DNA from: a virus
Taxonomy: Duplodnaviria; Caudoviricetes
Direction: 5' to 3' (one strand)
DNA length: 62,140 bases
Virus record (IMG/VR): IMGVR_UViG_3300031851_000023
Coordinates: 1 to 62,140 of that record
Positions 9,310 to 18,585 of the stretch are shown here, piece by piece. The notes beneath the pieces are model-generated. The model searched no databases. It was given only the letters and a program-made list of their open reading frames with translations, and was not told the DNA's origin. Position 1 is the stretch's first letter. The number at the start of each line of letters is the position of its first letter. The position numbers were made by a program, and so were the translations under genes.

Positions 9310-10961
9310 TAGTAGTTCCACATGTATCCGACTTCTTCTTGCTTGTCTCCATATTCCCAAAGGTTTCCATCTCCATCAACAAAAGTATCATCACCCATAC
9401 CGTCATCAAGGAAACCAAATGGAGCCATGTCTTGTTCTATTTGATTACGTTGTTCGTCATAGATTCTTCTTCGGATATCCTGATCTGTCATCTCTTTAAA
9501 ATACTCTTGCATGACTAACCACGCAAAGAGAACCATACACATTACAAGATCGTCATGGTATCCTTCATCTGCTTCCCATGCTTGCTTCTTCTGTACGAAT
9601 GTAGTAAGTTCTTGGAAGATCTGGAAGTCGTTGAATATTAATTTGTCTTCTTCGATAATAGCTTTAAGATTAGAGCAACCGATCTTCTTGACCGTTACGC
9701 TCATCTTAACACCTAGTTGTGTTTTTGATCCTGAGAATCCTTGCCCCACGACTTGACCTGCTCTACCACGCATCGCACACATAAGTACATTAGGATATTC
9801 AAGATCGTAATTAAGAGTAGCAGCGATACTATCACCAATATCATTTACTTCTACCAGAACGTATGGGTTATTATATTCTTTACAAATTTGAAAGATTACT
9901 GAGGGAAACAGTATAGGTTTAATCTCATTATTTCTGTACTTTGCAACGATCTTATACGGCATCGTGGTGATATCAAACACGAGGAAAGCAGAATAGTCGC
10001 CACCAATTCCCCTGGCAACATCGACAGTAATAATATATTCGTGATCCTTTTCGACTCTCTCATAGATATCAAGTCCAGCATTTGATTTAATTGGGTCTGC
10101 GAATGGGATAGTTTGTAACTTTGCTGGACTAATCAAAGTATCAGCAGATCCAAGGAAGTCGCATTCAAACTCTTGTGCGAACTGTCTTGGAGATGTGTTC
10201 TTAATTGTCTCTTCTTTCCACTTGGCATCTCTGCCAGGAACTTGAGACCAGTGAACTTCATTAGTAGTATAATCATTCTTACCTCTCCTAGCATCCTCCC
10301 ACATCTTGTAGAAGTGATTCATGCCATTAGGCGTAGAGATAATAATTACTTTCGTTGATTTACCAGAAGTAATAGTAGGATAAACAGAGGCAAAGAATTG
10401 CTCCGCAACATGGTTTGGAACGAATGCGAACTCATCGAGGAAGAGAATGTTAAACGACATGCCTCGGACAGCACTCGCAGATGTAGAAGCTGCCAATATC
10501 TTACTGCCATTCTCTAACTCCACATTACCTTTGTTCCATACCAATACACCATGCTGCATCCACTTTGGTAGATTCTCGTAAGCAAGTTGCAGTCTTCCTA
10601 GCAGTTCCCTAGCGGTAGATGCCTTGTTTGCAAGAATACCAATATTAACACTATCGTAAAAAATTGCATAATAAAGAAGATAAGCGACAACAGTAGTAGA
10701 CTTTCCTGTTTGTCTTGGGAGCTTTGCGATGTTGAATCTTGTTTCATGAAAATCACTCAAAATCTTTTTTTGAAAATCATACATCTCAAAAGGCACCAAA
10801 CCTTCGTCAAGAGAGATGATTTTTATATAGTTCATCGCAAAGTAAATAGGATCATTTTTACACTTGATCCACTCATCAATTTGCTTCTTTGTAAATTGTA
10901 TTGGGGTCCCAGCCTTTTTCAGGTTGGGATTACCCAAGTATACATCAGTACCAGTCGCCAA
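9309..10961 (-). CDS. gp17: Terminase large subunit
   Basis: YLGNPNLK, Walker A PRQTGKST, Walker B ILFLDEFAF, nuclease motifs VDVARG and HDDLVM; TTG start; late promoter GATAAATA at 10986-10993. Confidence 0.99.
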   Translation of the reverse strand: MATGTDVYLGNPNLKKAGTPIQFTKKQIDEWIKCKNDPIYFAMNYIKIISLDEGLVPFEMYDFQKKILSDFHETRFNIAKLPRQTGKSTTVVAYLLYYAIFYDSVNIGILANKASTARELLGRLQLAYENLPKWMQHGVLVWNKGNVELENGSKILAASTSASAVRGMSFNILFLDEFAFVPNHVAEQFFASVYPTITSGKSTKVIIISTPNGMNHFYKMWEDARRGKNDYTTNEVHWSQVPGRDAKWKEETIKNTSPRQFAQEFECDFLGSADTLISPAKLQTIPFADPIKSNAGLDIYERVEKDHEYIITVDVARGIGGDYSAFLVFDITTMPYKIVAKYRNNEIKPILFPSVIFQICKEYNNPYVLVEVNDIGDSIAATLNYDLEYPNVLMCAMRGRAGQVVGQGFSGSKTQLGVKMSVTVKKIGCSNLKAIIEEDKLIFNDFQIFQELTTFVQKKQAWEADEGYHDDLVMCMVLFAWLVMQEYFKEMTDQDIRRRIYDEQRNQIEQDMAPFGFLDDGMGDDTFVDGDGNLWEYGDKQEEVGYMWNY

Positions 10962-10981
10962 AACAAAAACCTAGTTCACCA

Positions 10982-11245
10982 CTAGTATTTATCTTTATTC
11001 TCTTCTTCTAAATTTTCTAAAAATTCCAGTCGTTTTTTCCACGTATCTCCACCTTCCATTCCTCTTACTGGATTAATACATGTATTATCTCCCAAATTGT
11101 TACAAACGAGACCAGCAAGATCTAGATCATTACCTTTAGCACCAGTGCCAGACCAAATATGTGTGCCATTAATCCAGACCGCATGGCACTTGGGACATTC
11201 TTTTCTTTGTAATTTAAGATCAGACAGTTCCTTATCGTTGGTCAT
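10982..11245 (-). CDS. Hypothetical protein with CxxC and two further Cys
   Basis: 87-aa ORF with CPKC and LAGLVC...CINP; chained to neighbours. Confidence 0.75.
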   Translation of the reverse strand: MTNDKELSDLKLQRKECPKCHAVWINGTHIWSGTGAKGNDLDLAGLVCNNLGDNTCINPVRGMEGGDTWKKRLEFLENLEEENKDKY

Positions 11246-11453
11246 TTTTTAATTCCTTTGCGAGTTTATTGAAGTCAGGTAGATCCTTTATAAGTTGTTG
11301 TTCTAATTTACGTCTCATCAAAAACATTTTAAATTTAATCCACTGATACCTGATCACAAGATCAGCATAAGCGAATAAGCGCATAGTTTCTTCCACGCCA
11401 GCATACGCTACCATGAGAACAATGAGAGTGATGATTACATATATGCCGAGCAT
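11232..11453 (-). CDS. Hypothetical membrane-anchored protein
   Basis: N-terminal TM helix; preceded by TATAAT at 11474-11479. Confidence 0.7.
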   Translation of the reverse strand: MLGIYVIITLIVLMVAYAGVEETMRLFAYADLVIRYQWIKFKMFLMRRKLEQQLIKDLPDFNKLAKELKNDQR

Positions 11454-11539
11454 AAAAATATTCCACTACAAACATTATAGTGTATGTAGTGAAAAATATT
11501 GTATCGTTAGGCTACATTTTTATAAGTGTTGGTTTACAC

Positions 11540-12001
11540 TCATTCTACTAATGTTCCATGCTCACGGCGAATCTCTTTCAGTGCTTCAAGATTCATATCC
11601 TTAGTGCCTCCATCATAGGCGTGAGCATAACCTTCAATAATCATTTGCTCGTTAAGGGACACACTGTCGTCCCCAATGTAAAGCCAACCCAGAAGACGCC
11701 CGTATTTGCCAGTGCCACCAACAAGTTCAGTCCTAACAGACAACTCATCATCACCAGCCAAAGTGCCTTCGAGTTTTTCTTTGAGCCAGTTGGTTGCGTC
11801 GATTCCAAGTGCTTTCTCCTCTAGATTTCTCGTTCTTTTCTCTGGTGTATCAACTCCTGCAACTCTAACTCTTTCCTTCTTGTATAGATCGAACCCCAGA
11901 TCAATAGTGACATCAATAGTATCACCATCAAGTACACGATTGATCTCCGTCACCCGGAAGTTGTAGCAGCTCTTCCTGCTCGGTGGTGTCAATGCTCCCA
12001 T
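11540..12001 (-). CDS. Thermonuclease (SNase-like) family protein
   Basis: RVLDGDTIDV, RVRVAGVDTPEK, KYGRLLG and LNEQMIIEGYA are SNase motifs; likely start MGALTPP at 12001. Confidence 0.9.
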   Translation of the reverse strand: MGALTPPSRKSCYNFRVTEINRVLDGDTIDVTIDLGFDLYKKERVRVAGVDTPEKRTRNLEEKALGIDATNWLKEKLEGTLAGDDELSVRTELVGGTGKYGRLLGWLYIGDDSVSLNEQMIIEGYAHAYDGGTKDMNLEALKEIRREHGTLVE

Positions 12002-12134
12002 GAGATTCTCTTTTATCAACTCCTAGTATATAGTAGATACTATAACCAGCCATACAAAGAGAAAGAAAAACCATAAAAATAACCGACCACACAGGATCGT
12101 TTACATTAGTATGTGGGTGTAATAATAAATTCAT
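11928..12134 (-). CDS. Hypothetical single-TM protein
   Basis: DPVWSVIFMVFLSLCMAGYSIYYILG hydrophobic segment; ATGA coupling upstream. Confidence 0.6.
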   Translation of the reverse strand: MNLLLHPHTNVNDPVWSVIFMVFLSLCMAGYSIYYILGVDKRESHGSIDTTEQEELLQLPGDGDQSCT

Positions 12135-12208
12135 TTTTTAACTGGCCAAGTAAGTTCCATTCCTATTGTGAGTAGTAGAACAAATCCAAATACAAATACA
12201 GCACTCAT
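12131..12208 (-). CDS. 25-aa hydrophobic micro-protein (not in ORF track)
   Basis: MSAVFVFGFVLLLTIGMELTWPVKK; ATGA overlaps on both sides. Confidence 0.55.
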   Translation of the reverse strand: MSAVFVFGFVLLLTIGMELTWPVKK

Positions 12209-12291
12209 AATTCAATAATAGATAAGAAAAAAAGAATCAATCCAAAGGAACAAAACAGACCAGTTAAAATAAATGGTATATAACTACTCAT
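12205..12291 (-). CDS. 28-aa hydrophobic micro-protein (not in ORF track)
   Basis: MSSYIPFILTGLFCSFGLILFFLSIIEL; overlaps both neighbours. Confidence 0.5.
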   Translation of the reverse strand: MSSYIPFILTGLFCSFGLILFFLSIIEL

Positions 12292-12460
12292 CTCTCTTGC
12301 TTCTGCGAGATGGAATCATTTGATATGAAAGTTTATCTCTTAAAAGATTAATTCTTTCTTCATCAAAATGAGCGAAGTTAGGATACTTCTCTACTTTTTT
12401 ATAATAGTGTAAAGCATTTTGGATGATTGTAAAATCTTCCATGGTTAATTCAAAGTTCAT
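12284..12460 (-). CDS. Hypothetical 58-aa protein (not in ORF track)
   Basis: MNFELTMEDFTIIQNALHYYKKVEKYPNFAHFDEERINLLRDKLSYQMIPSRRSKRDE; tiles the gap. Confidence 0.6.
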   Translation of the reverse strand: MNFELTMEDFTIIQNALHYYKKVEKYPNFAHFDEERINLLRDKLSYQMIPSRRSKRDE

Positions 12461-12641
12461 TAAATTTATAATCTAACATCATTCGGAAAAGAGAATCTCT
12501 CATTACCCATAGGTGCTCTTGTTCTTCTGCTGGTCGAGCAGGAAATCCTTCCCACATTTCTAACCTCTTTATCACACAATGGTGTAAGAGACGTATATCT
12601 TCTATTGTTAAATTGACAGTGTAGTCCGGTTCCTTATTCAT
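12450..12641 (-). CDS. Hypothetical 63-aa protein
   Basis: ORF tiling with short overlaps; helical sequence. Confidence 0.7.
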   Translation of the reverse strand: MNKEPDYTVNLTIEDIRLLHHCVIKRLEMWEGFPARPAEEQEHLWVMRDSLFRMMLDYKFNEL

Positions 12642-12792
12642 GTTTGTGGAAAGGTTCCCAGTGCTGCCAATCGTATTTATGAACTGCCCACATTCCTATG
12701 ATGGGGACAAAGACTAAAATGGTTGAGAGGAATCCTAATCCGTATGGGTTGTTTAATACAACACCACAAAATCTAGCAAATTGTAACATCAT
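12634..12792 (-). CDS. Hypothetical 52-aa membrane protein (not in ORF track)
   Basis: MMLQFARFCGVVLNNPYGLGFLSTILVFVPIIGMWAVHKYDWQHWEPFHKHE; one TM helix plus aromatic tail. Confidence 0.65.
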   Translation of the reverse strand: MMLQFARFCGVVLNNPYGLGFLSTILVFVPIIGMWAVHKYDWQHWEPFHKHE

Positions 12793-12893
12793 AGTGTGTA
12801 AGCGTTGTTAAATCCCCAGATAACATAAAAGACAATACCACCTAAAATTATCATTGATGGTATTACTTTTATATCTTTTTTGTGTTTATCCAT
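12789..12893 (-). CDS. 34-aa single-TM micro-protein (not in ORF track)
   Basis: MDKHKKDIKVIPSMIILGGIVFYVIWGFNNAYTL; ATGA overlap downstream. Confidence 0.55.
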   Translation of the reverse strand: MDKHKKDIKVIPSMIILGGIVFYVIWGFNNAYTL

Positions 12894-13072
12894 AAGTCTC
12901 GGAAATAAAAATCGATATTAGTTAATGTTCCTTCGGGATGATTATTTCCCGAATCTGCCCATTGATAACTGAAGTGCATCATCTCCATTGTGATATGACT
13001 TGTACCATACATTCTTGAAAATGCTGATAAAGCAAAGTTATATCGTTTTTTTAATTCGGGAGACCAATTCAT
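12869..13072 (-). CDS. Hypothetical 67-aa protein
   Basis: ORF directly downstream of petE, with GAGA upstream. Confidence 0.65.
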   Translation of the reverse strand: MNWSPELKKRYNFALSAFSRMYGTSHITMEMMHFSYQWADSGNNHPEGTLTNIDFYFRDLWINTKKI

Positions 13073-13081
13073 TATAGTCTC

Positions 13082-13405
13082 TCAATTTACGTGAACAACA
13101 CCAGTCATACCTGCGCCCTGATGGGGACCACAGAAGAAGTTATAGTCTCCTGCGTCAGCAAATACAACGTCTTGTGTTTCTCCTGGAGCAAACAGTAATG
13201 ATTCTCTAGAGAGATCAGGACGTGCTTCTACAATAATATTGTGTGGTGGTAGTGCTTCGTTGATAAAGTGAACTGTGTCACCTGCCGAGATTGTGATCTC
13301 ATTAGGTTCAAATACTAGGTTCCCACCAGAACCCATTACTACATCTACTGCCCATACTGGGGCAGCAAAAAATAACACAACCAGAATCGTGATTAAAGAT
13401 TTCAT
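13082..13405 (-). CDS. petE: Plastocyanin (auxiliary metabolic gene)
   Basis: Signal peptide ending PVWA; LVFEP, PPHNII and FFCGPHQGAGMTG supply the type-1 Cu ligands H/C/H/M. Confidence 0.97.
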   Translation of the reverse strand: MKSLITILVVLFFAAPVWAVDVVMGSGGNLVFEPNEITISAGDTVHFINEALPPHNIIVEARPDLSRESLLFAPGETQDVVFADAGDYNFFCGPHQGAGMTGVVHVN

Positions 13406-13569
13406 TTCGCTACAGAATGTTGTTCTTTGTAAGTATTGAGTTTGTGAATTAAATCATTGTATTCATCCCACATCCACTCAGAACCTGTCTTCTCTTGATA
13501 GAGACGGCAAGCTGTGATTAGGCGTGTGATATCGCTTTCGTTTAAACGCATTGTCATATCAGAACTCAT
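13402..13569 (-). CDS. Hypothetical 55-aa protein upstream of petE (not in ORF track)
   Basis: MSSDMTMRLNESDITRLITACRLYQEKTGSEWMWDEYNDLIHKLNTYKEQHSVAK; ATGA overlap with petE. Confidence 0.7.
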   Translation of the reverse strand: MSSDMTMRLNESDITRLITACRLYQEKTGSEWMWDEYNDLIHKLNTYKEQHSVAK

Positions 13570-13630
13570 AATATAATTATAGATCTAGTGAGTAGAATTG
13601 CTTTATTTTAACATTCTTTTCACAAGTATG

Positions 13631-14056
13631 TCAGCAATTCCACTTACGTAGTGATTTGTTGATTCTGCTGTCCTTGTCGTTAGCAGTTTTTTTGCTAGTT
13701 AATTTCTTTTTCATGCCCTTCATTCGAGCGCAGAACGATGCCCTGCGGGGGTTTCCAACCTTTTTGCTTGGTGCCTTAAGGTCAGATCCTGGATTTTCCT
13801 TTTCATAAGATCTTCGTCCCTTTTCATTGAGACCTCCTTCTTTGTTTTTGCCTGCTTTTTTTGTCCAGGCTGCTTCTGTGGTGAGTTCAAAACTTTCTTT
13901 GGCAGTCCTCGCCGCCTTTTGAAAAGCATCCTTAGCGGGGTAGTCCTTACTACCTGACTTCGCTGGTGCTTCTCCTCGTTTTCGCTTTGCGTGGATATTT
14001 GCGTAGAGACCGCGCTTTGCTTCACAGAGTTCTTTTAGTTCCTTATAATCTCTCAT
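13631..14056 (-). CDS. Highly basic late protein, possible internal head protein
   Basis: K/R-rich; GLYANIHAKRKR, RRASFCARMKG and SLRKWNC; late promoter GCTAAATA at 14082-14089. Confidence 0.75.
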   Translation of the reverse strand: MRDYKELKELCEAKRGLYANIHAKRKRGEAPAKSGSKDYPAKDAFQKAARTAKESFELTTEAAWTKKAGKNKEGGLNEKGRRSYEKENPGSDLKAPSKKVGNPRRASFCARMKGMKKKLTSKKTANDKDSRINKSLRKWNC

Positions 14057-14084
14057 GACAACCGACGAGGGTTTACGAGATTAT

Positions 14085-14498
14085 TTAGCGTTTACCCCCA
14101 CTCATATCTTTGAGCATCTTTTGAAGCTCTGCTGTAGATCCTACAAACATAGCGTTGTTGGTAACCTTGGATGGACCTTTCTTATCCTCGTCAAGATCCT
14201 TCATCTTCTTATGAAGGTCAGCAAGTTTGTCTGTCATGTCTGCAACGTGCTTCATTGCCGCTACAGCGACTTCATACGCTCTAGGGTGCCCTGACTCCTG
14301 AGCGACCTCTAACGCCCCGTTGACCGCCTCCTGACCCTTGTCTATGAGGGAGTACAATTCAGTACGTGTATATCTGTAATCTTTTTCACGATCTTCAGCA
14401 TCAACCTTAGGTGGTTGTGGTTTAGATGGTTTGGATTCCTCAACAGGTTCAGCACTAATGTTGAGGATTTCCTCCATGTTATCTTCTAGGTTACTCAT
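14085..14498 (-). CDS. gp16: Terminase small subunit
   Basis: DYRYTRTELYSLIDKG, ESGHPRAYEV, NNAMFVGSTAELQKML. Confidence 0.95.
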   Translation of the reverse strand: MSNLEDNMEEILNISAEPVEESKPSKPQPPKVDAEDREKDYRYTRTELYSLIDKGQEAVNGALEVAQESGHPRAYEVAVAAMKHVADMTDKLADLHKKMKDLDEDKKGPSKVTNNAMFVGSTAELQKMLKDMSGGKR

Positions 14499-15295
14499 AA
14501 GAATTGAATCCCTTCATTAAATCCAAAGTCATCACCAGCATCAACTAAGGCATCATCGTTTACATCGATAACTCCATCAGTATTGATATCTGTAACTGCT
14601 TTTGGTGTATATGTTCTTGTAATTGTTCTACGACCGACATCAAGATCGCCCAAAGTTTCGTGGATAATTGCTTTCTTGATGACATCCGCAGTGTTGTATG
14701 GACCATACAGATACGATTTCATTGTAAACTGCAGTGCATATGCAATATACCTGCGCTCTAGAAAACTATCATCCCACTCATCTTCTCCACTAATGCCATT
14801 TAATACAATGGCAATATCACGTTTCTCATTCATGTCTGGTATCATGTTAAGAGTGATGCTAAAAGATGGTTGAAAATATGGCAGAATTTGCTCTACAATT
14901 TGTAAAGCATCATCCTGAGATTTGGCAATAACTCCTAGTTCAAAATTTATATTATAAGGAACAGGAACATATTGAACTCTAACTTCGCCACCATTACCAT
15001 CAATGATAGTTTTGTATTTTTGAATTGGTGATGTTTTACGGGAAGAATCGTAATCAATTCCTGTCATCTCAAAGTATATACGAGGCAAAGTAATTGCCAC
15101 TTTGCTGCTGCTAGCATTCTCTCCAATACGAACCAAGAACTTTTGCTTTGGTCCGTAGGCAAGAGGAACTTTAACTTCTTCTAAAACTTCTCCTGTATCA
15201 GGATCAGAACTCTTCATTGTTATATTATTGAAGAGTGTACCAAACGCAATAATGTTCTTGCGAACTATTTGGTTATAAAAATGTGATCCTAACAT
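14495..15295 (-). CDS. gp15: Tail sheath stabiliser/terminator
   Basis: IIAFGTLFNNI, VPLAYGPKQKF, TLPRIYFEM, QIVEQILPYFQP. Confidence 0.97.
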   Translation of the reverse strand: MLGSHFYNQIVRKNIIAFGTLFNNITMKSSDPDTGEVLEEVKVPLAYGPKQKFLVRIGENASSSKVAITLPRIYFEMTGIDYDSSRKTSPIQKYKTIIDGNGGEVRVQYVPVPYNINFELGVIAKSQDDALQIVEQILPYFQPSFSITLNMIPDMNEKRDIAIVLNGISGEDEWDDSFLERRYIAYALQFTMKSYLYGPYNTADVIKKAIIHETLGDLDVGRRTITRTYTPKAVTDINTDGVIDVNDDALVDAGDDFGFNEGIQFL

Positions 15296-16419
15296 TAGAT
15301 GCTATCCGTAAAGTTACCAAATTCACCAAATGGATTACCTTCTGTCCAATCAATAATCTCATCACCAGAATCTTCGATCTGTCTATTTTGATCGTAGTTA
15401 CTGTTCGTATTATTTAGAGTGTCAAATGTTTCTGGAGACCAGGTAGCACCTGAAGTTAGTCCAGTAATTACTTCAGCAGTAGTAAAGGTTCCTGTTCTAT
15501 TGTATACTTCCAGAGATCTGGTTGTGCTATCCCAAGACTTGACTTCTGCTCTATTGTCCTTAGGCGAGTAATCAATAGTAACAGTAGGAGCACTCGTATA
15601 ACCAGTTCCACCTGATGTAATTAGAATACTATTGACAAGACCAGTAGAACTAACTGCAGCAGTTGCTGTAGCACCTGTTCCACCTCCTCCAGTAATAGTA
15701 ACTGTTGGTGGAGTTGCTTGCTTATAATGTGATCCACCATCTGTAATAGTGATACTATCTACAGCATCACCATCAGTTGTTCCTGTTGCTTTCGCTAGGA
15801 ACTCATCACCAACAATCTCTTCTCCAACAGTAAAGTCTCCAGATCCACCAGGATCCATAAAGAGTTTGATGCTATTAGCAAATATTTCTTCCACATCATC
15901 GATCTCCTCAACTCCAGTATCAAAGTCATCACTACCGATCTCATAGATCTCAGCAGTGATAGCATAGAATTGGATCTTACCAAACTGGAAGAATGGTTCT
16001 TCCTTACCAACAAATTTAATCTCGTAGATATCTTTTGTTAGTGGGAAGTAAAGCAGATCTCCCTCGTTAGGTCTACTCTCAACAGTAATAGTAGGATTAT
16101 GATCTGCTACTTCTTCGTCCCATCTTCTAGTAGATACTCGGAAGATAATCTCATCCGTAATTCTTAAACCGAACTTGGAGATGAACTCAGCATTGTCTCC
16201 AAATCCCATGACGTTTTGAAGCAACATCTCAATTTGAAAATGTTCTTGATACTTAGAGTATCTAACCTCGTTAAGAGTGTTATCTTTTAGAGCTATTCTA
16301 GGAATGTAGTATATGTCTGTTCCGAACAGTTTAATTTGTTCGTCCACAAGATCCTGTGCGAGACCTTGCTCACCGCTGTGTCCTGAATAGTAAGTTGGAA
16401 AGTAGGGACTAGTAGGCAT
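15295..16419 (-). CDS. gp14: Neck protein
   Basis: [39 protein letters not shown] and C-terminal NPFG; carries an inserted GxGY repeat module. Confidence 0.95.
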   Translation of the reverse strand: MPTSPYFPTYYSGHSGEQGLAQDLVDEQIKLFGTDIYYIPRIALKDNTLNEVRYSKYQEHFQIEMLLQNVMGFGDNAEFISKFGLRITDEIIFRVSTRRWDEEVADHNPTITVESRPNEGDLLYFPLTKDIYEIKFVGKEEPFFQFGKIQFYAITAEIYEIGSDDFDTGVEEIDDVEEIFANSIKLFMDPGGSGDFTVGEEIVGDEFLAKATGTTDGDAVDSITITDGGSHYKQATPPTVTITGGGGTGATATAAVSSTGLVNSILITSGGTGYTSAPTVTIDYSPKDNRAEVKSWDSTTRSLEVYNRTGTFTTAEVITGLTSGATWSPETFDTLNNTNSNYDQNRQIEDSGDEIIDWTEGNPFGEFGNFTDSI

Positions 16420-16420
16420 C

Positions 16421-17221
16421 TTATCCGATCATATCCATAGGTGGGATGGCGTACTTACTGAGAACTTCGCTTTCGATTTTCTCAATCTCGCCTAATGCGT
16501 CTGTATACAATTCTCTACCATTAAGCGTGATACCGCCAGGTAGTTGAACGTTGTTATATTTAATCAAGTTTTGACCCCACTGTCTCTTCATAAGAGCAGT
16601 AGCATATTTCTTGACAAACATATCATTATTCATCTCTGTAGCATCTGTAGGATCAATCATCCTATGTGCCTCAATTACAAGATAGGTATCTTCTTTGAGG
16701 AATGCTTTATTGATGTCAAGATATAAACGATCACGACGCTGTGTATATCTGAACTGTTGGAACGAACCATTATTCAGAATCATATCTAGAGTTTCTAGAT
16801 ACTGCTTATTCATAAAGTAGTTGACAATATCAAGAGATCCGAATGCATATAGATCATTCAGAAACATCTGATACTCAACACCAAAGAGATTAGATCTAAT
16901 TGAGTTGCTGACTAAACCAAAAACTTTGCTGATGCCAACTACATGATCTGGAACTGGAATATAGTTGGTAGACTCTTCCCAATTTGTTGTTCCAGATGAT
17001 GTTGTTGCTTTATTATTGAAACGAGTTATATCGTCAGCAGTAATCTCATGCCTCAGAAAACATCTCTCCATACCGTTGTAACAGTTCTCTTGGAAGAACT
17101 GGTAAGTATCATCAATAACATTATTTACTTGCTCATCATCAATGTTAACTTGTAATACAGGCTCACCAAGTTGCCTCTTACAATATGTGATAAGATCAGC
17201 TCTTGAATTTGGAGACGCCAT
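16421..17221 (-). CDS. gp13: Neck protein
   Basis: [14 protein letters not shown] and [24 protein letters not shown]; ATG at 17221 preferred. Confidence 0.96.
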   Translation of the reverse strand: MASPNSRADLITYCKRQLGEPVLQVNIDDEQVNNVIDDTYQFFQENCYNGMERCFLRHEITADDITRFNNKATTSSGTTNWEESTNYIPVPDHVVGISKVFGLVSNSIRSNLFGVEYQMFLNDLYAFGSLDIVNYFMNKQYLETLDMILNNGSFQQFRYTQRRDRLYLDINKAFLKEDTYLVIEAHRMIDPTDATEMNNDMFVKKYATALMKRQWGQNLIKYNNVQLPGGITLNGRELYTDALGEIEKIESEVLSKYAIPPMDMIG

Positions 17222-17228
17222 TACACAC

Positions 17229-17263
17229 AAAAATCCCTTCTTACCTATTTAGGAAGAAGGGAT
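17229..17263 (-). terminator. Terminator-like hairpin with late promoter CCTAAATA at its apex
   Basis: ATCCCTTCTT...AAGAAGGGAT stem followed by T5 on the minus strand; TAAATA core within 17246-17253. Confidence 0.7.
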
Positions 17264-17270
17264 CTGAGAG

Positions 17271-17477
17271 TTATTCTTCTGTTGTTTCTGCCGCTGGTGC
17301 TGCTTCTTCTTCAGGTTTGTCTTCTAGAAGACCTAGAGTTTCTAGACCTCCTTCCAGTTTAATTTTATATTCTTTTGCTTTGACTAGATTTGTTTCTAGT
17401 TCAGCAATTTGCTTTTCAGTTGTAGCAATTTGCTCTTCAAAATTAGACTTAAGTTGTGCGGGATCCATAGTTATCAC
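17271..17477 (-). CDS. Small coiled-coil late protein
   Basis: Heptad pattern; late promoter TATAAATA at 17497-17504; start may be MDPAQ (17468). Confidence 0.75.
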   Translation of the reverse strand: MITMDPAQLKSNFEEQIATTEKQIAELETNLVKAKEYKIKLEGGLETLGLLEDKPEEEAAPAAETTEE

Positions 17478-17504
17478 ATGTAATTGTGTATATCAATATT
17501 TATA

Positions 17505-17975
17505 TTAGTAATCAAAAACGTTTGTTATGTTTTTGTATAAATCTTTTAGGGTGATAGGATAATGATGATCTTCTGGTGGAGTTGGCCAATTTACACTAGA
17601 GCGATCAATTTTTTTAAAATCTTCATCACTCATTCTGATTTGATCGGGATTTGTATTTTGTGGCAAATCGCGAAGTGCTTGTAGATAATTTTTCCATACC
17701 GGTGGAAGTTCTTCTCCTAGAGACATTGCTTTTACAACTCTCCAATTACAAAATTCCATCTCTTTATCACGTTCTCTTCTCAAAAGACGCATAGGTTCTA
17801 GTCTTGATTTTTCAACACACCATGCTTCCAAATCTGCTTCATTTGGACGAGGTGATGAATCCAACCAATTAAGACTTTGGTTATCATTTTTATCGACAGA
17901 AACAGACCACTCGGCATTTGGATATAATGCAGCGAGGGCGTGTGACCAATCATAATGCATCTGAATGTTAGCCAT
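17505..17975 (-). CDS. Tail fibre assembly chaperone-like protein
   Basis: ALAALYPNAEWSV...W...P N-domain and LRRERD...WKNYLQALRDLP...WPTPP C-domain, typical of tail assembly chaperones. Confidence 0.7.
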   Translation of the reverse strand: MANIQMHYDWSHALAALYPNAEWSVSVDKNDNQSLNWLDSSPRPNEADLEAWCVEKSRLEPMRLLRRERDKEMEFCNWRVVKAMSLGEELPPVWKNYLQALRDLPQNTNPDQIRMSDEDFKKIDRSSVNWPTPPEDHHYPITLKDLYKNITNVFDY

Positions 17976-18006
17976 TATTAAGTTCTCCTATTAATACGTA
18001 TATTTA

Positions 18007-18585
18007 TTATTGAACTATTTCCATTATACTAGAAATAGTACATCCATTTTCGTAACTATTTTGTGACAAAGCACCTTGCGTCCTATTCAAGTAAAACGTA
18101 TATGTTCCATTACTCGAAGATCTTACTGCTAATCCATATGTATTTTCTTGACCTGCTACTGCGGTATCAAAAACATTAATGTACCAATTTGACATGGTAG
18201 AACTTTGGTTTCTATCATACCATCCAGAACAATATCCACTCCAGCGAGAACCCGCTGATGTTGAGTGTGATTTAAACTCAACTCCATTTTTCATAATGAG
18301 GATGACAACATCTTGATGAACTTCTCCTGAAAGCATCCACTTTACTGATAACAACGAACCCGTATATTTCGGTGTAACTGAAATATTTGTATTGGGCATC
18401 GAGTTTTGGTTATTGGGACTAGCAGTGAAAGATTGCCTCCCATCGTATCTTGCCGTAACAAATTGAACTGGTGTTCCTTTCGATGATGCAAAAGCATTAT
18501 CTCCCAGAGCTATACTAGTGTTGCTAGCAATTTGAACTGCGGATCCTGTTTTTGGTCTAATTGTTTTTACTGATAATTTGCTCAT
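18007..18585 (-). CDS. Putative fibre-tip protein, paralog 3
   Basis: MSKLSVKTI start; RWSG..SGWYDR, YLNR, QNSYE and MEI shared with the two upstream ORFs. Confidence 0.7.
   Translation of the reverse strand: MSKLSVKTIRPKTGSAVQIASNTSIALGDNAFASSKGTPVQFVTARYDGRQSFTASPNNQNSMPNTNISVTPKYTGSLLSVKWMLSGEVHQDVVILIMKNGVEFKSHSTSAGSRWSGYCSGWYDRNQSSTMSNWYINVFDTAVAGQENTYGLAVRSSSNGTYTFYLNRTQGALSQNSYENGCTISSIMEIVQ

Noticed and set aside
1227-10961. Introns or inteins in gp17, gp18, gp20 or gp23
   Set aside because: All have normal lengths and continuous motifs; no intein splice motifs or homing endonuclease ORFs were seen.
11500-11516. Canonical NtcA box
   Set aside because: The spacer is 9 nt, not 8; kept only as a tentative finding.
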